Below, piece after piece: positions 54,075-64,000 of a DNA stretch of 64,000 bases. Origin of the DNA: Phoronis australis. Taxonomy: Eukaryota > Animalia > Phoronida. Every line of letters begins with the position of its first letter. The first letter of the stretch is position 1. The notes under the pieces were generated by a model. The model had not been told where the DNA came from and made no database searches. It was given only the letters and a program-made list of their open reading frames with translations. The stretch spans positions 60,657 through 124,656 of the forward strand of contig NMRA01000747.1 in the NCBI GenBank assembly GCA_002633005.1, read 5' to 3'. A program made the position numbers and the translations under genes.

Positions 54075-57000
54075 TGGTTAAGAACGCCACAGAGGGCGGT
54101 TGCAGGAACAAGAATTCGGTCAAGTATGCAATTGCTAAGATTGTCTGTGTTCTGAAGTATATTGTGTGTCGTGTGTAATTCATGTAATAGACTTGTTATC
54201 ATGTATAGTATGTGTTTTCTGCATTACTTGACTTATCATGTTTATTGTTTTTTGTTTTCTAATTGACCAGTTACCATGTTTGCTAAGTGTCGTGTATATT
54301 GAGTTGTTACCATAATTATTGTGTCAATTTTATCATGTATATTATTTGTCATATGTCGTACATATTTTGTGATTTGTTGCTTTGTATCGTCTTTCGTGTA
54401 CATTAATTTCATTGTTGTGAAGTTTATTAAGCGATGTATATTAGTTAATTGATGTATGTTGTGGATGGTGTATACTTGTTGAATTGCTATTGTGTAACAT
54501 GTCCATTAATTGATCTCTTCCTCCTAAAGATTAAGAAGACGACAGACGGCGGCCGCCAGGATATCAAACAGGTCAAGTATTCAATTATTTAAATTGTCAG
54601 TATCATCATGTATAATACTTGTCATGTATATTATTGTTCATTGTGTGTTTTAAGTATATTAATTGAACTGCTTCCATTTTTGTTGTATGTCGTGTGTATT
54701 AATTGTCAAGTTATTATGTTTGTGTCGTGCATATTTTTTGATTTCTTACCATGTATTGTGTGACGTGTAAATTACTTGCAATTTTATCAATGGTATTATG
54801 TGATATATATTTCTTGATTTTGTATCATGTATGTTGTTGGTGTTGTATATTTCTTGATTTACTACTGTGTAATCTGTACATTAAATGACCTATTCCCCCT
54901 AAAGATTGAGAAGACGACAGACGGCGGCCGCCAGGACATCACACAGGTCAGGTATTCAATTATTTAAATTGTCAGTGTTATATGTGTATAATATTTGTCG
55001 TGTATTTTAATTGACTTTTTATCACGTTCATTGTGTGTTTTATGTATATTAAATGACCTGCTTCCATGTTTATTATGTATTGTCTGTATTAATTGTCAAG
55101 TTACTATGTTTGTGTGTCGTGCATATTAGTTGATTTCTTACCATGTATTGTGTGACGTGTACATTAATTGCAATTTTATCAATGTTATTATTTGGTGTAT
55201 ATTACTTGACTTTGTATCATGTATGTTGTGAGTGTTGTATATTTCTTGATTTGCTACTGTGTAATCTGTACATTAATAAACCTATTCCTCCTAAAGATTG
55301 AGAAGACGACAGACGGCGGCCGCCAGGACATCACACAGGTCAAGTATTGAATTATTTAAATTGTCAGTGTTATCAGGTATATTATTTGTCGTGTAAATTA
55401 ATTGACCTTTTATCATGTTCATTGTGTGTTTTATGTATATTAATTGACCTGCTTCCATGTTTGTTATGTGTCGTGTGTATTAATTGTCAAGTTATTACGT
55501 TCGTGTGTCTTGCATGTTATTTGATTTCTTACCATGTATTGTGTGACGTGTACATTAATTGCAAATTTATCAATGTTATTATGTGGTGTATATTACTTGA
55601 CTTTGCATCATGTATGTTGTGAGTGTTGTATATTTCTTGATTTGCTACTGTGTAATCTGTACATTAATTGACCTACTCCTCCTAAAGATTGAGAAGACGA
55701 CAGACGGCGGCCGCCAGGACATCACACAGGTCAAGTATTCAATTATCTAAATTCTCAGTATTATGATGTATATTACATGTCGTGTACATTAATTGACTTT
55801 ATATCATGTTCATTGTGTGCTTTGCGTATATTAATTGACCAGCTTCCATGTTTATTTTGTCGTGTGTATTAATTGTCAAGTTATTATGTTTGTTTGTCGT
55901 GCATATTGTTCGATTTCTTGCCATGTATTGTTTGCCGTGAACTTTAATTGCAATTTTATCTAGGGTATTATGTGGTGTATATTATTTGACTTTGTATCAT
56001 TTATGTTGTGGGTATTGTATATTTGTCGAATTGCTACTGTGTAATCTGTACAATAATTGACCTATTCCTCCTAAAGTTCAAGAAGAAGACAGACGGCGGC
56101 CGCCAGGACATCACACAGGTCAAGTATTCAATTACTTAAATTCTCAGTATTATAATGTATATTACATCTCTTGTATATTAATTGGCTTTATATCATGTTC
56201 ATTGCGTGTTTTGTGTATATTAATTGACCTGCTTCCATGTTTATTGTGTCGTGTGCATTAATAGCCAAGTTATTCTGTTTGTGTGTCGTGCATATTGTTT
56301 GATTTCTTACCATGTATTGTTTGACGTGTACATTAATTGCAATTTTATCAAGGGTATTATGTGGTGTATATTATTTGACTTTGTATCATGTATGTTTTGG
56401 GTGTTGTAGATTTGTCGAATTGCTACTGTGTATTCTCTACATTAATTGACACATTCCTCCTTAAGATTAAGAAGAAGACAGACGGCGGCCGCCAGGACAT
56501 CACACAGGTCAAGTATTCAATTTCTTAAATTGTCAGTGATATTATGTATATTATTTGTCGTGTATTTTAATTGACTTTTTATCATGTTCTTTTTGTGTTC
56601 TGTATACTAAATGACCTGTTGTCATATTTGTTGTTTGTCGTTTACATAAATGGACCTTTTATCATGTTTATTGTGTGCCGTTTATACTAATGGACCTGTT
56701 GTCATGTTTATTGTGTGTCTTGTATATGATTTTGTTTTGTTATCATGTATTGTGTGTAGTGTACATTGATTGAATTGTTATCGTGTGTATACATTGATGT
56801 ATATTAATTGACTTGTGATCATGTATGTTGTGGTTGGTGTATGTTTGTTGAATTGCTACTGTGTATCATGTACATTGATTGATCTACTTAAATTCTCAGT
56901 GTTATCATGTATATTACAAGTCGTGTTTATAAATTGACATTTTATCATGTTCGTTGTGTGTTTTGTGTATATTATTTGACCTGTTTCATGTTTATTGTGT

Positions 57001-57790
57001 GTCGTGTGTATTAATTGTCAAGTTCTTATGTTTGTGTGTCGTGCATATTATTGATTTCTTAAGATTATTGTGTGACGTGTTCATTAGTTGCAATTTAACA
57101 AGGGTATTATTTGGCGTATATTAGTTGAATTTGTATCATGCGTGTTGTTGGTGTTATAGGGTTGTTGAATTGCTACAGTGTAATTTGTACATTAATCGAC
57201 CTATTCGCCCTAAAGACGGACGACAGACGGCGGCCGCCAGGACACCACACAGTTCAATATTCAATTACTTAAACTTTTTGTGTTATCATGTACGTAATTT
57301 GTCGTGTATATTAATTGACTTTTTATCATGTTCATTGTGTTCGTTGTTTATATTAACTGACCTGCTTTCATGTTTATTGTGTGTCATGAGTATTAATTTT
57401 CAATTTATTATGTTTGTGTGTCGTGCATAATATTTGATTTCTTACCATGTATTGTTTATCGTATACATTAATTGCATTTTATCAATGGTATTATGTAGTG
57501 TATATTACTTGACCTTGTATCATGTATGTTGTGGGCATTTTATATTTGTTGACTTGCTTCTATTTTTCATGAACATTATCTGATCTGTTCCTCCTTAAGA
57601 TTAAGAAGACGACAGTCGGCGGCCGCCACCACATCAAACAGGTCAAGTATTCAATTGCTTAAATCGTGGGTTTTATCTTTTATATTATTTGTCGTGTATA
57701 CAATTTAACTTTTTGTCACGTTTATTTTGTGCCTTGTCTATTAATTGACTTATTATAATGTATACCGTGTGGCGTGTATTATTGTATACT
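54075..57790. repeat. Higher-order tandem array, ~390-bp unit (42-nt GC-rich core plus about eight 30-42-bp T/G-rich subunits)
   Basis: Cores start at 54530, 54905, 55297, 55688, 56077, 56466, 57216 and 57600; one core is deleted near 56885 and a degenerate core lies near 54077. Confidence 0.93.
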
Positions 57791-58691
57791 AATTGAAGTT
57801 TAGGAGGACAACAGACTGAGGTCACCCCGACATGAAATAGGCCAAGATATAAGGTAAACATTTTCCCGCATCAAGAATGTTAAAATATCAAGAAATGCAG
57901 AGAATGTAATTGATGGGTTTTTTATTACTTGCACCGAATGGCGTGATTTGTGTTTTGTCGACTTTGTAATTCTCGCTGCAGGTTTGAGGCCACCATAATA
58001 CCCACGAACAGACAAGATTTCGGGGAGAGTATAACTTTTGTCTTGCGCACGTGTTTTGTCACCTCAGAAACACGTTGCTTTTGTTACCATAATCACGTAC
58101 TACAGCGTTTATTGAAGTTTTATGCTTTTATGATAGATTAAGATATTTTACTTACCATGGAACGTATTCTCAGCCTGTATTTTCTATTGTAATAAAAACG
58201 AATGACAATTCTGGTTTTGGCATGTTCAGCTTCCATTTCACTACACTGAAAAAACACATTATATTGCGTCAGGTTTGACGGCATTTATTCTCCCGAAAGC
58301 CTTCAAAAATGTAACTCTTGTCTTTGGAAACATTACGTTAATACGTTCGCAGACAAAATTGTCTTTACATTTCTACAAACCTACTATGTGAGTTTTTTAT
58401 CGTGACCTTTTCGCTGTACGTGGTTGTAATAAACGGAGGTGGGTGATTGTTAAGTTACTTAAGGTTGCTGAACTCTTGTTTCTTTTGAAAATAAAAAATA
58501 CTACCCAACAAGGGTATAATTCCTTTCTCTAACAATAATTAAGGAAAAACATATTAAGTTTTTCCAACACCACACAGTAAACAACAAGGACGCAGCAACT
58601 TTAAATCCAAATTTTGATACTCATGTTTGAGCACATTGGCTCTCTACCAAAACAGCTGTTGAAATGCAAACTAACTATTGAACAATCACCC

Positions 58692-58759
58692 GGGGTCATG
58701 ATGCAAGGCAGCAGGCATGTCTTTGACATGAGGTCTGGGTTCAAGTCCCAGTGACCCCT
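58692..58759 (+). ncRNA. tRNA-like cloverleaf (Gln-TTG-like, 5-nt anticodon loop); pseudo-tRNA or tRNA-like RNA
   Basis: Acceptor stem GGGGTCA/TGACCCC; T arm CTGGG-TTCAAGT-CCCAG; D arm TGC-AAGGCA-GCA; anticodon stem CATGT/ACATG around CTTTG. Confidence 0.6.
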
Positions 58760-60457
58760 ACATTCCGATAGAAAGTTTGCTTTCAACCTCCAGAGTCTGT
58801 TTTAAATACTAAGCAGAATATACACGTCAATCTCATGGCACTGGGTGATGTTAATTGGTAATGCTGTCTTTTTCGTATTTTTTCACATTGAGTATCCGTT
58901 TTGGGCAATTGCTTGCTTGATACTCATGATGTCTCACGTAGGCGTGTTGCTAAAACTTAAGAAATGCTTTATTTATCTCTTTCAGCCACCTTTGGTTTAG
59001 CCAATAAACAAGGCTTGGAACTGCGAATGGTCATCCTTCTCCTGTGCTTCAAGGTGACTTCCTGTGAAACGGCCAAAAACGAATCTCTAAGCCGAAAAAA
59101 CGAGCAAAGACGCCCAATACTTCTCACGTTTGTTGACACGGAATGTCTTTATGTGATTTTGAAGTTTTACCAATAAACCATAATACCTTTGAAAATAACT
59201 TTTGCTTTCTTGGGCCAAGACACCAAAAATACCTTATTTTTCCCATGGGCAAGTTTACTAATATTTTCGTATTAAGCTTGTATTGGTTCGTTTGGTAATC
59301 TTATCCAAGTCAATGCGTATTGTATTTTTAATAGTTCTGCTATGTACTTTTGTCACTATAAAGTTTCTTTGCTTCATTTTGTATCGTAATGTGCCGCACT
59401 ATTAAAAACTAGCTCCCATTATCAGAGAACTTATGTTGGAATTGTTCGACGAACATTTTGACTTAGCTGTCACTTATTATGCAGTTTTTTAACCCTGGTA
59501 GAGATCTCTTACTTTTTTATGTCATATCACATTTCTCTTTTTTTATGCTCATCTCTATTTTTAGTTATTCTATCCCTTGAAATTCATCACTTTGTGTATG
59601 TAATAAGATTTATCGTGCATGACCCTATTTAAGCCCATGCACCTATTTCTGAAAAAAAACTTAAGAAAAAACTTTGTTCAAGTGTTCACATACGCAGGTA
59701 TGCTGCTAAGTGTCTAATAACTCACACAAGAGGTTATTCCCTGTAAGCGTATATGACAACGTCATTCTTAAAAGATTTTCAATAATTTCCATTTATCTTC
59801 TCATTTTCTACCTATTTGACGTTTTCTTTTTCATTTTACTTGTAAAGAAATTGGTTTATGGGTGATACCGTGTTTACAAAAGAATATCATCACCTGTGCA
59901 ACTACTACATTACCCACACTGTTACGGTGAATACGTTGTTGCATCCAAAAATCACACTACACATCAAGCAATGTGACATCTTATGTAGGGATGCGTTCTG
60001 TAGACGCAAGAACACCCTAGAATTCATGGATATTGCCGTGTATTACCAGCTAAGCACGTGGTCACAACTAATCCTTTATTTTGAATGTCTTTGGTCTCTG
60101 CTGGGAACAAATACTAGTTACGTGGTCTGCACAACCTTAACGTCTCATTCACAAAACACATAAATCTGAGGCCATCTATTGAACACTCTTCGCCTCATCT
60201 TGGAACCACCGTACATTCCAAGTGTTGGAAAACCTGTCGCGATGTTTGATAAGTTATAATTATGTGTATTGATTGTTAAAATTGTAATTGATTATGGGAA
60301 TATTAATAATAATGCTGTTGAGTTTGTGATTATTTTTGTTTTTTATCATTGTTATTAAGCATAATCGCATATGCAGCACGGGAAACAGTGGCTCTGTGAA
60401 TTTTGCTTGAAATTGTTATAAAAATCAAGTCTAACGTCTTTTAAATCTAAACAAGGC

Positions 60458-60459
<2 letters not shown>

Positions 60460-60500
<41 letters not shown>
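60460..60500. repeat. (TA)n microsatellite in the inverted-repeat spacer
   Basis: Seen directly in the sequence. Confidence 0.97.
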
Positions 60501-60503
<3 letters not shown>

Positions 60504-63500
60504 TGTAGTTTTGAGAGAACAGTAATTAGTAGTGCTATCTGCTTTTTCTCTAAAATAAAAGCTTTTTACGTAACATTTGCAAGCTAATTTTACTAGTTAA
60601 AGAGGCCCTCTATAGATGGTTGAGGCAATAATTGAGAACAGGCAAATAAGACGAAGTGCAGTTGGTGTTATGCTTCATAAACAAATTTTCTGAAGAGACT
60701 AAATAAGTTATTATGAGGCCAGTTTTTGAAACGATACATTATGGCTGCTACAGACTGCCAACTTTGGCCGAGAAGCGCTTCTGTGAAAACTTGCAAAATG
60801 GTCGTTTTTGCCACACAAAATCAAAACCTGCAAATTTGAAATTGAATTTTGAAAGTTATGCCATTAAATTATTCAACTATAATCCTTTAAAACTGTGTCA
60901 CTGATTAGTTATCAGCTAGCTATACATTCTAGTAAAATGCATTTAAACATGTCTATTTTGGCGCCAATTCTGTTGCAAAATGGAAGGACATGTCGCAAAA
61001 AGAGAAATAATGGGTGAAAATTTTTAAAAGTCGAAATTTTACTACATCTCACCAAACCAAACACATGCCCTAAGTCTGAACAAAATTTGTGATTTTGAAA
61101 GTAGACTCTAAGACTAACTGTTGGTTTTTATATGGAGTTTGTATGAACACGACAACAGAGAATCGCTTGAAGTGAAAATGCTGTTGCATTCGCCTGCTTT
61201 ACGGAAATTTGGATACGCGTCTTTAAACGGCTTGGTTGTGACATTGTTGTTGGCAGCGCCTCCTCAAGTACACGGACATTCCTTTGTGTATCGTTGACGC
61301 ACTATTGAAATGCGATCACAGATGATAACTGTTTACATAAACTTAAGTGGTAAGTGACGATTTTCAAAGACCGTTAGAATGTGTTTCAAAACATACACGA
61401 CTTATATCACAATTATTCTATGTTATGTTCACGTTTCCTAATCAAGAATACCCAATCTCAGAATAAGATATCGAAGGCTGCTCTTGTTTCTAAATAGCAG
61501 TTAAGTAAAAACTGCTGTTGGTCCAATAAATGACTTTTTCCGTTTTGCTTAGGAACTTGGGCTGTATTTTGCTTCATTTAGGCTTTGGTTCTATCTAACA
61601 ATTCCAAAATTGTGTTCCAAGGGTTGACTACCTTGTCGAGTTTATCTGTAGATACTTATTTACTTAGTGGTTTCGTGTCGAGTTGGCAAGCTATTTTGTT
61701 GGGCTGGTAAGCGCTCCAAATATTTTTATATTTCATTATTGACACTCTTTGGTTTTTTAGCCATATGATTCGATTTGCCAATCAAAAAATTCAGTCATTG
61801 TATTTATTTGCAAATTGCCACTCCCTTAGTGCTTGTATTCCACTCGTACTCTTAAGGTGCAAAAAGGAAATTGTACAACAACGTTCATTCCCTTAGAAAG
61901 AAGCGAACATCCCAACGAATATTATCGACTTGCAAAATTTTATCTTTTGACGGCATTCACTAAAACGACGAGGCAACAGAGTCTTAAAGTATATGTATAA
62001 CAATTTCTAAGTATTTTTCTGTTCGATATGAACTGGGGCCACATTTGCAAAAAAAGAAAAATGATATGTGATTTCCCAAGAATTTAAAAACATTTGTGGA
62101 AATTGTCTTTAACATAAATAAGATAAACAGAGGAGACCGTGCAGATAAAGTTGGTTTTGATGCCACAATCAGTATTAATAACGGTGTCATAGCGGGCATG
62201 ATTGTGATTTTATACATTCATACGCAGGATACATCATGGAGAGTCATAGAAATAGAGCTCTCTTAGCAGTGCTGCCATTTACATACATACTTTCAACCAT
62301 AAAATGCTACCCATTACGTACCCAAGAAAATATAAATTATCCCCAAATGTATAATAGTTCTCGTCTCAAGCTATTTTTTCTTGTGCTGCCCATGTCAATG
62401 GGTTCAATACCAATGATAAAATAACAAACATAATCACAAAATAAACAGCATTATTATTAATATTCATATAAACAATTACAATTTTACTTTTGGCTACAAC
62501 AACTAATTCATAGTGACACTGTGGGTAACACAGGAGTTGCTCAGGTGATGATATTCTATTATAAACACGGTATCACTCATTAACCAATTTCTTAATAACA
62601 AGTAAAATGAAGTAGAAAACGTCAAATAGGCAGAAAATGAGAAAATAAATGGAAATCATTGATAAACTTTTAAGAACGATATGGTCATATACACTTACCG
62701 AGAATAACCTACTTTGAGAGTTATTAAGAGATACTTAGCAGTATACCTCGGTATGTGAACACTTGAAAAAAGTCTTTTCTTGAAAAACAAATATTCAGAA
62801 ATAGGTGCATGGGCGTAAATAGGGTCTTGCACGATTATTCTTATTACGTACATAAAGTTGTCATGAATTTCAAAGTATGGAATAAATAAAAATAGAAATG
62901 AGCATGAAAAAGAGAGAATGTGAAATGACATGAAAACGTAAGAGATCCCAACCAGGGATAAAAAAATGCACAACGAATGACAGCTACGTCAAACTTTTCG
63001 TCGAACAATTCCAACAAAAGTTCTCTGATTATGGGAGCTAAATGTTAATGGTACGGCACATTACGATACGAAATGAACCAAACAAGCTTAATAGTGACAA
63101 AAGCACATAGCAGACCTATTGAAAATACAATACGCATTGGCTTGGATAAGTTTACCAAACGAACCAACACAAGCTTAATACGAAAATATTAGTAAACTAT
63201 ACCATGGGAAAAATAAGGTACATTTTGGTGTCTTGACCCAAGAAAACACAAGTTATTTTCAAAATTATTATAGTTGCTTAGTAAAATTTCAAAAGCAAAT
63301 TAAGACATTCCCTGTCAACAAAAGTGAGAATTATTGTGGGTCTTTGCTCGTTTTTCGGCACAGAGGTTCGTTTCGGCCGTATCACGGGAAGTCACCTTGA
63401 AGCACAGAGGAAGGATGACCATTCGCAGTCCCAAGTATTGTTCATTGGCTAAAACAATGATTGCTGAAAGAGATAAAAAGCATATGTTAAGTTTTAGCAA

Positions 63501-63676
63501 CGCGCCTACGTGAGAAATTATGAGCACCAAGCAAGGAATTGTCCTATTCAGAGACTCAGTTTGACAAACATACGAAAAAGATAGAATTACGCAGTGCCAT
63601 GTGATTGACTTGTATCTTCTGCTTAGTATTCAAAACAGACTCTGGGATGTTGAAAGCAAACTTTCTATGGGAATGT

Positions 63677-63744
63677 AGGGGTCACTGGGACTTGAACCCA
63701 GACTTCATGTCAAAGACATGCCTGCTGCCTTGCATCATGACCCC
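63677..63744 (-). ncRNA. Second copy of the tRNA-like cloverleaf, in the right arm of the inverted repeat
   Basis: Reverse complement matches 58692..58759 except one variable-loop base (AGGT versus AAGT). Confidence 0.6.
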
Positions 63745-64000
63745 GGGTGATTGTTCAATAGTTAGTTTGCATTTCAACAGCTGTTTTGGTAGAGAGCCAA
63801 TGTGCTCAAACAAGAGTATCAAAATTTGGATTTAAAGTTGCTGCGTCCTTGTTGTTTACTGTGTGGTGTTGGAAAAACTTAATATGTTTTTCCTTAATTA
63901 TTGTTAGAGAAAGGAATTATACCCTTGTTGGGTAGTATTTTTTATTTTCAAAAGAAACAAGAGTTCAGCAACCTTAAGTAACTTAACAATCACCCACCTC

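Larger units (their letters stand above)
58436..64000. repeat. Large inverted repeat: left arm 58436..60351, right arm 62411..64000 (cut by the window edge), ~2.06-kb spacer
   Basis: 63961..64000 is the exact reverse complement of 58436..58475. Homology continues inward with falling identity; the left arm has ~350 bp extra near 59930..60275. Confidence 0.93.

Noticed and set aside
54530-57641. CRISPR-like array (conserved ~40-bp palindrome-containing repeats)
   Set aside because: The intervening segments are ~350 bp and homologous to each other, no cas genes are present, and the context is eukaryotic.
54530-57641. Hammerhead ribozyme satellite or retrozyme
   Set aside because: No CTGANGA...GAAA core was found on either strand of the conserved box by eye.

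Overview
AT-rich animal (invertebrate-like) genomic scaffold with spliceosomal introns and assembly gaps; nothing prokaryotic is present. Two + strand multi-exon genes can be reconstructed by hand. (1) The 3' seven coding exons of a phosphatidylserine synthase 2 (PTDSS2-type) gene, 21..11093. (2) A transglutaminase (TGM/F13A-type) gene, 24188..42785, with an intact Cys-His-Asp triad, one GC-AG intron and an unusual low-complexity C-terminal tail ending in a CaaX box (CTIL*); its first coding exon was not found. The rest is dense in mobile DNA: a 5'-truncated RTE-clade LINE with a 13-bp TSD, tRNA-derived SINEs, many MITEs, and decayed hAT, Academ-like, THAP and SGNH fragments. The right end holds a ~390-bp higher-order tandem array with a conserved 42-nt AG/GT-bounded core, and a >1.6-kb inverted repeat whose arms each carry a tRNA-like cloverleaf with a shortened anticodon loop. 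Two large tandem duplications abut N gaps and are probably haplotype assembly artefacts. All family calls come from motif recognition by eye; no database searches were run.
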